The notes beneath the pieces are model-generated. The model worked only from the letters and a program-made list of their open reading frames with translations, did not search any database and was not told the origin of the DNA. DNA of 64,000 nt from Candidatus Raymondbacteria bacterium RIFOXYA2_FULL_49_16 (GTDB lineage: Bacteria > Fibrobacterota > OXYB2-FULL-49-7 > XYB2-FULL-49-35), in contig MFYT01000006.1 of the NCBI GenBank assembly GCA_001789205.1, positions 10,770-74,769 on the forward strand, in the 5' to 3' direction. Every line of letters starts with the position of its first letter. Position 1 is the first letter of the stretch. Positions 19,275-28,587 of this stretch are shown here, piece by piece. Made by a program: the position numbers and the translations under genes.

Positions 19275-20401
19275 TGGATTTCTTCGCGTTGTTTCTCAAA
19301 AATAAGGCGGATGAGTTTTTCACGGAGCGCGGCATCGATGCTCAGGAAACTGATGTTATTGAAAAGGAAGGACTCGCCGGCCGTGTTTTTTTTCTCGATG
19401 CGGACCACCTTGCTTTTAAGTCCGCGAAACGACTCGCCCCTGAAATTAAAATTGACGGACAATACATCACCCAAATGGAACTCCTCGACCGTGCGGAGTT
19501 TTACTCCGCCGCCGGAAATGTCCTTGATGGTGCCGGTGAATTTGGCCCCGCTTTTGGCGAGTTCGGGGTCGGCCTCGGAGGCGAGTACGCGGAACATGGC
19601 CTCAATGGTCACTTCGAGGCGCAGGTACTCGCGCAGTTGTTTGCGGTCCATCTCGACAACGTGCGCCAAGGTGAGGGACGTATTGTCCGGGCTCTTGGTG
19701 ATTACCAGGGTGCGGAAGCTGTAGACCGCGTCGCCGGTCTGGATGAGCGACACGGCCACCTCAGAGCCCTGGGAAAAAGCGGCCACCGCCTCCTGTTCTT
19801 CGGGATTGACCACTGCCATGGACAATTCGCTGATGTCCCTGATTTTGCTTCTAAACTTGGCGTTGTCCGTACCCTTGACAGGAGATATGTTTATAGGCTG
19901 GCCAGCGGACAACTCGCGCGATGAATAATAGCGGGTGCCGGGCTGCAGCCGCGTGTATTCGAGGCGGCTGCGGATGGCGCTGATGATGTCGCAGACACGG
20001 AGCAACTCGTCGTGTTTGCCCCTGAGGCGTTCGATCTCGGCACTGACACCCTCTTCGAAGGCCTTAATGCTTTTGAACATAACGTCGGACGTCTCAGCGC
20101 CGCTGGCATGGAAGATTCTGCGCAATTCCTGTTTTTCAACATCGTTGAGTCCATGTGTTTTACAGAGGGACTCGAATACGCTCCAGGAGAGTTCGGCGGT
20201 CTTCTGCGATTCGCGCCGTGAGCGGAAGAGTTCGGTACCAAACATTAAGAAGACGGCGAGCAGCAGGACGCCGCCAATGCCAAAAAAGATGTAGAGTGAT
20301 GCGTTGGGCCACGAGGAAAAAATGTCTTTTACCGTATGGGTGGCAGCGTGCGCCGCAACGGGCAGCAAGGCGCACAGGCTCAGGAATACGGGTTTTGCCA
20401 T
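19265..20401 (-). CDS. PilZ domain-containing protein (YcgR-like) with N-terminal signal/TM
   Basis: C-terminal RxxxR..(D/N)ISGGG motif (TGTIKDISGGGVKL). The N-terminal half resembles a YcgR-N/PilZN-like domain. Confidence 0.6.
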   Translation of the reverse strand: MAKPVFLSLCALLPVAAHAATHTVKDIFSSWPNASLYIFFGIGGVLLLAVFLMFGTELFRSRRESQKTAELSWSVFESLCKTHGLNDVEKQELRRIFHASGAETSDVMFKSIKAFEEGVSAEIERLRGKHDELLRVCDIISAIRSRLEYTRLQPGTRYYSSRELSAGQPINISPVKGTDNAKFRSKIRDISELSMAVVNPEEQEAVAAFSQGSEVAVSLIQTGDAVYSFRTLVITKSPDNTSLTLAHVVEMDRKQLREYLRLEVTIEAMFRVLASEADPELAKSGAKFTGTIKDISGGGVKLRTVEEFHLGDVLSVNFNFRGESFRGLKSKVVRIEKKNTAGESFLFNNISFLSIDAALREKLIRLIFEKQREEIQWQ

Positions 20402-20501
20402 GGGCTTTGATTTAGGTTGACAGTAATTTTATATTTAATATATATATATACTTACCTTTTTTTGTCCAAGTCAATCGTTTTCTGACGCAAGCAAGGAGCA
20501 T

Positions 20502-20813
20502 ATGAAGCGCATATCGGTAAACGAGATAACCGAAGGCATGGTATTGGCAAAACCGGTTGTCGGGTCCGGAGGTAATATCCTCCTTGGCGAAGGTACGGAG
20601 CTTCGTACCACCCTTATTTCGCGACTGCGCAACTGGGGGGTACCTTTTGTGGTCATCCAGAGCCAGGAAGGCGAAATTACCGAGGAAAAGATCACGGCAT
20701 CACTTGATACGAAACGACAGGAAGTGGAACGGGTATTTGAACAGGTGAAAAACCATCCACTTATGGCCATTATTTATGAAGCGACAAAAGAGCATTTTGG
20801 GAAGGCATCATGA
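20502..20813 (+). CDS. standalone DUF3391-like domain protein
   Basis: I.V.EI.EGMVLAKPV...G..LL..GT.L.....SRL...GV..V.I matches the N-terminal domain normally fused to HD-GYP phosphodiesterases. Its stop overlaps the HDOD start (ATGA). Confidence 0.45.
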   Translation: MKRISVNEITEGMVLAKPVVGSGGNILLGEGTELRTTLISRLRNWGVPFVVIQSQEGEITEEKITASLDTKRQEVERVFEQVKNHPLMAIIYEATKEHFGKAS

Positions 20814-21688
20814 TTACCGCTAGCACAATCGGATCACAGGAAAAGCTGAAACTGGCGGTTGACCGCATTACGGGCCTGCCAACGCTGCCGCAGGTCATCA
20901 CTGAAATCACCCGGCTCATGCAAAATCCCCGTACCTCCGCCGAGGAGGTGGGCAAGGCGCTCATTATGGACCAGGCGCTTGCCTCAAAGGTACTCAAGCT
21001 GGTCAATTCCGCTTTTTACGGGTTTCCGGGCCGCATCAATACCATTACCCACGCTATTGTCATACTCGGGTTCAACACGGTCAAAAATATCATTCTTACC
21101 GCATCCATTTTTGAGACACTGGGCGGCAAGGGCGGAGGCCAGAAGGAATTTGACATTGAAAAATTCTGGCTCCATTCGATAGGCACCGGGGTCCTTGCGC
21201 GTGAAATATCGAAAAAGCTCAACTTCAAGTTCTTTGAAGAATGCTTCCTGGGAGGCCTGCTCCACGACCTTGGTAAAATCATCCTGTATAAATTCATGCC
21301 CGAGGAGATGGACAAGGTGCTCCAGGTACAGAAGGAGGAAAACTGCCTTTTCTTCCTGGCTGAGAAAAAAGCGCTTGACGTTACCCACGATCAGATTGGT
21401 GGCTGGCTGACCAGCAAATGGAACCTGCCCGAGGATTTACGCAACGCGGTACTGTATCATCACATGCCCATGCTTTCGGGAAAATACGCCATGATGGTTT
21501 CGATCGTCCACATTGCCGATATCCTGTGCCGCGCGCTCTGCATTGGGTCGGGCGGGGACTCCACCATCCCGGTTGTCGATGAAAAAGCGTGGGAAAAACT
21601 GAAATTTTCGCGGCAGCTGATAGACAAGATCTACAGCGACATCGATTTAGAGCTCGAAAAGGCCGCGGTCTTCTTTCAGATAATGTGA
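20810..21688 (+). CDS. HDOD domain-containing signalling protein
   Basis: LPTLP..I..I..L..N...S..E.....I..D.AL..KVLKLVNSAFYG is the HDOD signature. 292 aa. Confidence 0.8.
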   Translation: MITASTIGSQEKLKLAVDRITGLPTLPQVITEITRLMQNPRTSAEEVGKALIMDQALASKVLKLVNSAFYGFPGRINTITHAIVILGFNTVKNIILTASIFETLGGKGGGQKEFDIEKFWLHSIGTGVLAREISKKLNFKFFEECFLGGLLHDLGKIILYKFMPEEMDKVLQVQKEENCLFFLAEKKALDVTHDQIGGWLTSKWNLPEDLRNAVLYHHMPMLSGKYAMMVSIVHIADILCRALCIGSGGDSTIPVVDEKAWEKLKFSRQLIDKIYSDIDLELEKAAVFFQIM

Positions 21689-22239
21689 TCTTTCGCGCCC
21701 GAGTCTGCGACCAACAAAGCACAGAGAATTGTTTTTGAATCGATTATTTCTTTTCGTTGCACCAGCCATAACAGTTTTTTAAACGGCATACTTACCTGTT
21801 CCACGAATTCTGTTTTGTCGAGTTTCAGCGATCCGGTATTCACGAGATCCGTTCCCGCAAATAAGGTGATGAAACCCGTGGAGTATCCTTCGGCATGGGC
21901 ATAGGTAAGCAGCTTTCTCAGGCGCCGCGGCCGAAAGCCGGTCTCCTCGGCGCATTCCCTGCGTGCACACGCCGCAGGAGTTTCTTTTTTGTCAATTACT
22001 CCCGCCGGAATTTCCAGAATGGTGCGGCCAATTGCCGGTCGGTGCTGCCGTACCAGATGAACAATGCCATGATTGTCGATCGGCAGAACAGCCACGGCAT
22101 CGCGCACGCGCACAATTTCCCTTAATGCGCGCTTACCGTCCGGCAGGGTGATGGTGAGCCGTTCGAGAGAGAGATAGGAGCCGGTAAAGGGGCGTTCCCG
22201 CTTTGTTACCGGCTCGAACAGAGGATCGTGGCGTTTCAT
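21676..22239 (-). CDS. NUDIX hydrolase (ADP-ribose pyrophosphatase-like)
   Basis: Nudix box GVIDKKETPAACARRECAEETGF (Gx5Ex7REUxEExGU). Confidence 0.8.
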   Translation of the reverse strand: MKRHDPLFEPVTKRERPFTGSYLSLERLTITLPDGKRALREIVRVRDAVAVLPIDNHGIVHLVRQHRPAIGRTILEIPAGVIDKKETPAACARRECAEETGFRPRRLRKLLTYAHAEGYSTGFITLFAGTDLVNTGSLKLDKTEFVEQVSMPFKKLLWLVQRKEIIDSKTILCALLVADSGAKDHII

Positions 22240-22250
22240 GACCAGGGGAT

Positions 22251-23066
22251 TTACCAGCCGAGCGAAGAGTCTTTTTTCCGGTTCCAGTCCGCCCAGCCAG
22301 CGGAGCCTATTTTTTTCGCGTCAATTGGCCGAAGCGCGCAATTTGTGCCATTGACAATGGAAAAGGCCCGGCGTTCCTCATCGAGCATGGCGCGGAGCTT
22401 CTCTTCCTGCTCTTTCTGGTGTTGCTCAAAGGCTTGCTCTTGTTCCGCAGCGTATTTTTCGAACTCCACGTCCGCTTGGGCCGCATAGTCCTGGAAGGCC
22501 TTTTCCTGCTGTTTCAGGTATTGTTCCATGTTCTTCACCAAGTCGATCTGCTTTCCCTGCTGCACGACAAAGACCGAATCGCGGCCCCCTGTCTTGTTTG
22601 ACAATAACACGCCAATGGCCCCCTTGAAGACCAGGTATTTTGAGGCATTGGTATTGCTTTCAACGGCAAAGACCGTGCCCCGGATGGCGGCCGAGGCCGT
22701 GGGCGTTGAGACCTCGAAGCGTTGGGGGCCCACCAGCCGTTTCACATTGACCCAGATAGACCCTTTTACCGCGTTGACTTTTGTCAGCGAACTGTCAATG
22801 GCGCTTACCACTACAAGGGCGTTTTCATCGATACGCACCACACGGTCACTGGCCAGGGTCACTTCGCAGCGCGACTCGGCCTTGGTGGCCACTGCGTCGT
22901 TTTCGAACAGGGGCAGCCGTATCCGGGCCTTTACCCACGATGAGTCACTGCTGCGTTTAATGAATACGTCGCCAACCATGTCCGAGACCTGGCCCAGGGG
23001 CTGTTTTGCCCACCCGGCATTTGCCAGAAAAAAAATCGCGCAAAACGCGGCGGTTATTTTATGCAT
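22251..23066 (-). CDS. periplasmic FecR-domain protein with C-terminal coiled coil
   Basis: Signal peptide MHKITAAFCAIFFLANAGWA, a FecR-like beta domain, then an EQ-rich coiled coil. It lacks the cytoplasmic anti-sigma N-terminus. Confidence 0.55.
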   Translation of the reverse strand: MHKITAAFCAIFFLANAGWAKQPLGQVSDMVGDVFIKRSSDSSWVKARIRLPLFENDAVATKAESRCEVTLASDRVVRIDENALVVVSAIDSSLTKVNAVKGSIWVNVKRLVGPQRFEVSTPTASAAIRGTVFAVESNTNASKYLVFKGAIGVLLSNKTGGRDSVFVVQQGKQIDLVKNMEQYLKQQEKAFQDYAAQADVEFEKYAAEQEQAFEQHQKEQEEKLRAMLDEERRAFSIVNGTNCALRPIDAKKIGSAGWADWNRKKDSSLGW

Positions 23067-24811
23067 TTGCCCTTGACCTGTCCCACGAGGTTATCGGCAA
23101 GGGGCCGCAGATTGGTGATGTCAAAGCCTGAGGCGCTCATGGCGCAGAGGGCCGTGCCCTTGCCCGAGTCAATGATGCGCGCGTCGACCTCGATTTTTCC
23201 CGCGACCACACTGGCGCTGCCAATGAGGATGAGTTCCGCGCCAGCCAACTGGGCTATCTGCAGGGCCTCGCTTTGTTCAACAATACCGCTTTGGCCCAGG
23301 GTCTTCTCTTCCATGATCTTGTTGATCTGGGAGCGCTCGACCACGTCGAACTTGCGCGAGTTGATGAGCTTGGTGATAATCATGTCGGAGACTGACTCTG
23401 CAAGGTTGTACCAGTCGGTATAGGCGCTCATGTTTTTAAATGGGAAGACCGCGATGGTGCGCTTTGGCGTATCAGCGCCCGCCCCGCAGATTTTATCGAG
23501 TATGAGTTTTATGTCGCTCTTGATGCCCACATTACCAATGCCCTGGGACACTGATTTGCCAAGTGTGCTGCCTGTGCCCTTGCCTATTTTTTCGAACGAT
23601 ACAATGCTTTTACCGTCCTGAATCAGGGCAAAGCCCATGGTCACGTCGCTTTTGACAAAGGTACGCGCTTCGGAAAGGCCCTGAACATTGCCGGTTTCCT
23701 TTGCGGAAAGCGATACCTCAATCGTGTTTTCAGACGCCGTGTCCATTTGCACGTCGTATTTGCCCAGAAGTTTTATGGCTTTGTCGGTAAGGTCGATCTG
23801 GTCGGCCCTGAGTTCGGGCGCGACCTTGACTGTTATTTTTGCCCAGCAGGGGTTTGAATTCACCTTGTAGGTAAAGGTCTGGTCGGTTGCGGCAAGGACC
23901 TTGCGGAGGGTCTCGTTTACCGGGAGCCTGACGCAGGTAATGTATTTGTGGCTGCCCACGGCGCTGTTCACGTTTTCGCCCAGGCTGAACGATGCTGAAC
24001 CCGATTCATCGGTGTATTTTTCCATGACAGTCTTTTTCGCCTCGTCCTTGAGTTCAACAAGGGTCCCCGCCACTGGTACGCTTTCCGCACTCACGGTGAT
24101 CATAAAAGGCGCCTCGGGTACCATGCCAACGGTAAGTTCCTGGTTGTCGCCCGCGGCCTTTTCGACTTTGATTGAGGCAACACACTTTTCGTAGAGCGCG
24201 GCAATGTCGTTTACCGACACGTCGATCTGTTCCGCGGCGGTGACCTCGGCTGCGGCCGAGAGTAGGGTGCGCTGTTCCATGATGTCCGCGATGTCGCGTT
24301 TGGCGGCCGAGAGCTTTTTCATGCCCTGGCCGATTTTGCCGGCCCCGATATCGGCCTTGGCGCCGTTCATCTGCGTGGCAAGGTCTTTTTTCAATTCCTG
24401 TATTCTTGCTTTGGTGTTGGACACGAAGTTGTTTTTATCCAGGACCGCGAGCGCATAGTAGATTTTACCCTGCTGGGCGGTCTCGACCACCTGGATGCCC
24501 TGGATGTCTCCTGAAGTGGTGAGCTGCGCGCGCGATGCGGACTTGGAGGTTGTCTTTTCAGCGCCATTGATGGAGAACGAAGTCATTTCATCGAAGGTAG
24601 AGGCGTTTACTTTTACTGAAATCTGCTTTTTGACTTCAACCATGGCGCTCTGCTTTGCGGCATCAGCGCCTTTTTCTGAGAGGCCCACGCCTACAAAATA
24701 GAGCGCGTTGGGATAGCCCTGGTGCTTGCCCGTGGTAATCCAATCATTTGCGGCGAAGAGCGCGACAGCCGCGCACAGCAGGCCAATCCGGGTGAGAAGA
24801 GTGGATGTCAT
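23054..24811 (-). CDS. LPP20-like N-terminal domain fused to a CsgG/TolB-N-like C-terminal domain (secreted)
   Basis: Start MTSTLLTRIGLLCAAVALFA with AAGGAG 8 nt upstream. The N-terminal WITTGKHQGYPNALYFVGVG resembles LPP20. The C-terminal TIAVFPFKN...LAESVSDMIITKL..S.KFDVVERSQINKIMEE..LGQSG resembles CsgG. Confidence 0.55.
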   Translation of the reverse strand: MTSTLLTRIGLLCAAVALFAANDWITTGKHQGYPNALYFVGVGLSEKGADAAKQSAMVEVKKQISVKVNASTFDEMTSFSINGAEKTTSKSASRAQLTTSGDIQGIQVVETAQQGKIYYALAVLDKNNFVSNTKARIQELKKDLATQMNGAKADIGAGKIGQGMKKLSAAKRDIADIMEQRTLLSAAAEVTAAEQIDVSVNDIAALYEKCVASIKVEKAAGDNQELTVGMVPEAPFMITVSAESVPVAGTLVELKDEAKKTVMEKYTDESGSASFSLGENVNSAVGSHKYITCVRLPVNETLRKVLAATDQTFTYKVNSNPCWAKITVKVAPELRADQIDLTDKAIKLLGKYDVQMDTASENTIEVSLSAKETGNVQGLSEARTFVKSDVTMGFALIQDGKSIVSFEKIGKGTGSTLGKSVSQGIGNVGIKSDIKLILDKICGAGADTPKRTIAVFPFKNMSAYTDWYNLAESVSDMIITKLINSRKFDVVERSQINKIMEEKTLGQSGIVEQSEALQIAQLAGAELILIGSASVVAGKIEVDARIIDSGKGTALCAMSASGFDITNLRPLADNLVGQVKGKCIK

Positions 24812-24898
24812 GAACAGGTCTCCTTTCTTAGAAAAAACGGCCGGCACAGGTGCCGGCCGTTGTATGGTTCACACGAGAGGGCATTATTGCTGGCGGTG

Positions 24899-26143
24899 TT
24901 ATTCCGGCTGGACCCCGCAGATGATCAGTTTGCGGTTGAGAACAATCTGGGTCACCTTGGCCGTACCAGTCATTTTTTTCTGGATAAAACGCATGACATT
25001 GCGGGCTTTCTTGAAATCGTCCTTTTTCGCCCACACATTGTAGTCCATGGTTTTGTCCGTTGCCACGTTTTCCTTGTTCTTCGCAAAGCCTTCGTCAATG
25101 CAGTCGGAGATGGCGTCCTGGACAGTCTGGATATCGTCAAACCCGCTGGTGATGTTGAAGATAAGTTTGTACTGGATGCCGTCGTTGAGGTCCTTGGTCC
25201 AATAGGCGGAAACACGTGCGAGCACTTTGTCGATGGCGTCGTTGATGGCCTCTTCGACCAGGGGTTCCATGGCAGCGCCTGCGCGGGTTTTGCTGTAGCC
25301 GGTTTCTGTTCCAAGCAGGCGGGCCGTGGTGGTTTCATAGGCCTTGACCTGGACGGAAGCTTTGCCGTTTGTCACTGTTCCGGCAAAAATAATATAGACG
25401 TCAGAACCAAGGGCCAGGGCGATCTGATAGGCAATGTCCTCTTCTGCGCCTTTTACCTCGGCCTGCATCTTGGACTGATCGGCAAGCTGCTCGGCGGCGC
25501 GGGGAACAGCCACCTCGTAGGTGCGGGCAGTGAGATAGCTTTCAATTACCGCTGCAGCGTGTCTGGCCAGCGGGTTGGTGTCAAAGACCTGCATGGGGGT
25601 TTGGCCCTTGGGGGTCTCGGGGATGACCATGATGACCGGATTTCCCTGTGCAGAGGCGAGCGCGTCCTTTGACACAATCACGTTCTTTGCAGCAAGATCA
25701 TCGGTGAGCTTCTGCTTGTTTACCCTGAAGAGCTTGGTCATTTTCACGCCTTTTTCTCCGTCGGGCAGCTTGGTCTTTACTGTTGAGATGACCTTGTCAG
25801 CTTCCCACGAAATATAGACGTTCACATTTTCGCCTTTGAAGAACTCTTCGGCAATGCCTTCGAATTTAGTCTTTGCGTCAGGCGAATTGAGCAGCGGATC
25901 CGTGCCGCCGACGAGTACAAACCAGACCGCCGACTTGCGCGCGTCGAGCAGTGCGTTCTTTTCCATGTCGTTCACGAACCAGCCAGTCTTGCCGCCCAGG
26001 CCAGTCGCACTGATGGTAACTTCTGCGGACGAGAAACTCTCAACAAAGGTCGCCTGATTAGACAACGGCTTGTTGGATTCGTCCTTGGCAAAAGCGCTGA
26101 AGGCCAGCAGGCCCACGCACAGGAGTGAAGTGATTAATTTCAT
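24899..26143 (-). CDS. hypothetical secreted protein with two CsgG/TolB-N-like segments
   Basis: Signal peptide MKLITSLLCVGLLAFSAFA. Contains repeated (I/V)xVxPxxxK-type segments (NPVIMVIPETPKGQ). No named family. Confidence 0.45.
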   Translation of the reverse strand: MKLITSLLCVGLLAFSAFAKDESNKPLSNQATFVESFSSAEVTISATGLGGKTGWFVNDMEKNALLDARKSAVWFVLVGGTDPLLNSPDAKTKFEGIAEEFFKGENVNVYISWEADKVISTVKTKLPDGEKGVKMTKLFRVNKQKLTDDLAAKNVIVSKDALASAQGNPVIMVIPETPKGQTPMQVFDTNPLARHAAAVIESYLTARTYEVAVPRAAEQLADQSKMQAEVKGAEEDIAYQIALALGSDVYIIFAGTVTNGKASVQVKAYETTTARLLGTETGYSKTRAGAAMEPLVEEAINDAIDKVLARVSAYWTKDLNDGIQYKLIFNITSGFDDIQTVQDAISDCIDEGFAKNKENVATDKTMDYNVWAKKDDFKKARNVMRFIQKKMTGTAKVTQIVLNRKLIICGVQPE

Positions 26144-26167
26144 TATTTGTTTCCTTTTCTATAAATG

Positions 26168-27847
26168 TTACAGACCAAGACGGCCGCGAACCATGTCAAC
26201 AGGATCGAACGGCAGCGATGGCGGAGACCAGGTGAGACCAGCGTGAATGCCAATGCCTGAATGGGGGAAATCACCAGTCTGCCAGTCGCTTGCGAGAGTT
26301 GCTGATTCAAACCGGATGCTTAGATCTGCTATGAGGGCCGGGGTAAGGTTAAATCCGGCATTGGCTCCTGCAAAAAAGCCCATTCCCGAGAAGGTTTCAT
26401 CGATGCTCAAGCTGAAGGCACCCGCACCAATGGATCCGCGTGAGGCTGTGGCTGAAAATGAAGCCAATCCGGCTTCAACGCCCAGGGTGAATCGCTTGAC
26501 CAAAAAGCGTTTCATAAGAAGAATATCGAGCTGCCCGACCGATGCGCCGTCCGAATATGTGGCAATGTCTGCTTCTCCGGCAGATCCGAGACCATAGCCA
26601 ACACCGGCAAAGAGCTGGTTGACGCCAAAATGACGGCCAATATTGTATCGTGCGTCGAGCTGGAGCCCCATACCCATGCCCAAGATGGCAGTGTCACCGC
26701 TGTTTGCCACACCGGGGAAGGTGCGGAACTTGATTGCAATGTCGATGGGGATGCGGGGAAATTCGGAAAGCACTGAACCGGTCATTGGTTCGCCGGCAAC
26801 GATCTGCGCCTTGGATTTGTAGCCTTCCTTGCTGTTGGAGTCGGCGACCATGGAGACAACAACCCAGCCGTTAAAGGTGGATTTGACCGAGCCGTCTTCT
26901 GATTCTTCAAATTCGGCAATGCGGAATTTATCGTCGGCACGGAGACCTTCATTTTTTCCAAGATCGAAACCGACCTTGCCAGCATCGACTTCAACAACCT
27001 GTCCGGAAAGGCGGAATTCGGGCATTTCCTGGGTGGCGACCAACAGATTGCGGGCCGCATTTTTTACGCATGAACGGAAGGCGAATTCTTTGTGGTCAAC
27101 AAGTTTTCCGTCCTTCATGAAGGTTTTACCTTCTTTTGCAAAGCCCATGGATTTGGTCATTTTTTTGACCACCAGCTTGGCCTGGGCCTTTTCGCCCTTG
27201 GTTGATATGCGGTACCAGAGAATACCCACATCCATGAGCATTTTGTACTGGCCGCCGCTGGTGAGTCCCGAGTAGCTTTTACACACGGGGATGAAGATAA
27301 AGGCTGAGTTCATGACTTTTGCGATTTCAACATCGCTAAAGCCGAATTCTTTTGCCTTGATGGCGTAGAAGGAGTTGCGGTCAGCCTCGCTGGTGTAGTT
27401 TTGGGCGCGCAGTTCCTTGTTCAGATCGACGATGGCCAGGATTTTTGGCACAATGGTTTTGTCCATAATCTCGGCGATATTGTCGATGGTGATTTCTTCC
27501 TTGGCATTTGCCTGGGCCACAAAGTCGCTGATGAATGACTGGGGAAGAGGATTGTAGTCGAAGCGGGGCATCATGAGTTTTTCCTTGATCTTCTCAAGGG
27601 TGTATCCCACGTATTCGCCCGGCATGCCGCGCACTGATTTGTCCATGAGCCAGAGCGCGTCGATAAAGGTGACTGACTTGCGTTCGTATTTGCCTGCTTC
27701 GGTTGTGGCCGCGTCCTGCTCGGCTTCGGCGCTTTCGAGAAGCGCCTGGTTGTCAGGCGCGGGTGCTGCCTGTTCAGCGGTTTGTGCTGCGACCGGAACA
27801 ATGGCTGCAAGAACCACGATTAAGGCTATTGCAATGATCTTTTTCAC
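26168..27847 (-). CDS. hypothetical secreted protein with Gly-rich beta-rich C-terminal region (possible outer-membrane barrel)
   Basis: Signal peptide MKKIIAIALIVVLAAIVPVAAQ with RBS AAGGAAGG. The C-terminal 200 aa has alternating G/A/S hydrophobic dyads typical of OM beta-barrels. Confidence 0.45.
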   Translation of the reverse strand: MKKIIAIALIVVLAAIVPVAAQTAEQAAPAPDNQALLESAEAEQDAATTEAGKYERKSVTFIDALWLMDKSVRGMPGEYVGYTLEKIKEKLMMPRFDYNPLPQSFISDFVAQANAKEEITIDNIAEIMDKTIVPKILAIVDLNKELRAQNYTSEADRNSFYAIKAKEFGFSDVEIAKVMNSAFIFIPVCKSYSGLTSGGQYKMLMDVGILWYRISTKGEKAQAKLVVKKMTKSMGFAKEGKTFMKDGKLVDHKEFAFRSCVKNAARNLLVATQEMPEFRLSGQVVEVDAGKVGFDLGKNEGLRADDKFRIAEFEESEDGSVKSTFNGWVVVSMVADSNSKEGYKSKAQIVAGEPMTGSVLSEFPRIPIDIAIKFRTFPGVANSGDTAILGMGMGLQLDARYNIGRHFGVNQLFAGVGYGLGSAGEADIATYSDGASVGQLDILLMKRFLVKRFTLGVEAGLASFSATASRGSIGAGAFSLSIDETFSGMGFFAGANAGFNLTPALIADLSIRFESATLASDWQTGDFPHSGIGIHAGLTWSPPSLPFDPVDMVRGRLGL

Positions 27848-27882
27848 ATGACCTTCCTTTTTTGTTTATGTTTTTGTAATTA

Positions 27883-28434
27883 CTAGTTGTTCTGGAGTTT
27901 GTCGAGTTCCTTATCAAGGTTCTCAAAGCCCTGTTTGGCGCGGAATTCAGAGAGTAGGGCCTCGCGCGAGGTAAGCGAATTGGTGACCTGCTGTTTCACG
28001 AAATCTTTTACCGCAGGGTCTGTGGTGTTGAGCACTGCCAGGGAATACATGGATCCATTTACAAATTCGCGGCGTTCAATGACCACGCCAATAAGGTTCT
28101 GGTCTGTGATGGAACGGGTGACGGACTGTGAGAACTCAGTAACTTCAGGGCTGTTGATGCCTGATTCCTGCATGAACTGGGAGGTCATATTGGAGATCTT
28201 CTGTCCCAATATCTTCGCGATCTCTGTTTTTGCATTGAGATCGGCAATGTCTTTTGCCAACTGGGGGCTCGCTTTTTTCGCAATTCCTGTGCCATAAAGT
28301 TTGCCTGGCGCAGAGGGAGGGTTGAGGACAAACGCGGGCATGCCGGACTGGTCGACCGGAGCAGCCTCTTTTGTACCGCCGCAATTTACAAGCATGAGAC
28401 TGAGACCCAGAAGGGCCGGAACGAGGAATCGCAT
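27883..28434 (-). CDS. LPP20 family lipoprotein
   Basis: Lipobox LMLVNCGG. PAFVLNPPSAPGKLYGTGIA...AK..A...A..EIAKIL is the LPP20/FlgP-like signature. Confidence 0.7.
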   Translation of the reverse strand: MRFLVPALLGLSLMLVNCGGTKEAAPVDQSGMPAFVLNPPSAPGKLYGTGIAKKASPQLAKDIADLNAKTEIAKILGQKISNMTSQFMQESGINSPEVTEFSQSVTRSITDQNLIGVVIERREFVNGSMYSLAVLNTTDPAVKDFVKQQVTNSLTSREALLSEFRAKQGFENLDKELDKLQNN

Positions 28435-28587
28435 GAAACCTCCAATTGGGTTAAGTTGTTGTTATTTATGACTTACAGCATTTTCTGATCCAATAGTATA
28501 TGTTTTAAGTATTTTTACAGTCAAGGGATATTAATACATATTCTGTATTTGTAGTTTTTATAGTTTTAGTGACCATAGAATTAATCA

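Noticed and set aside
24722-25672. 316-aa plus-strand ORF
   Set aside because: It is antisense to two signal-peptide genes of the LPP20 operon that have strong RBSs. It has no domain resemblance, is Gly/Val/Asp-rich, and is likely spurious.
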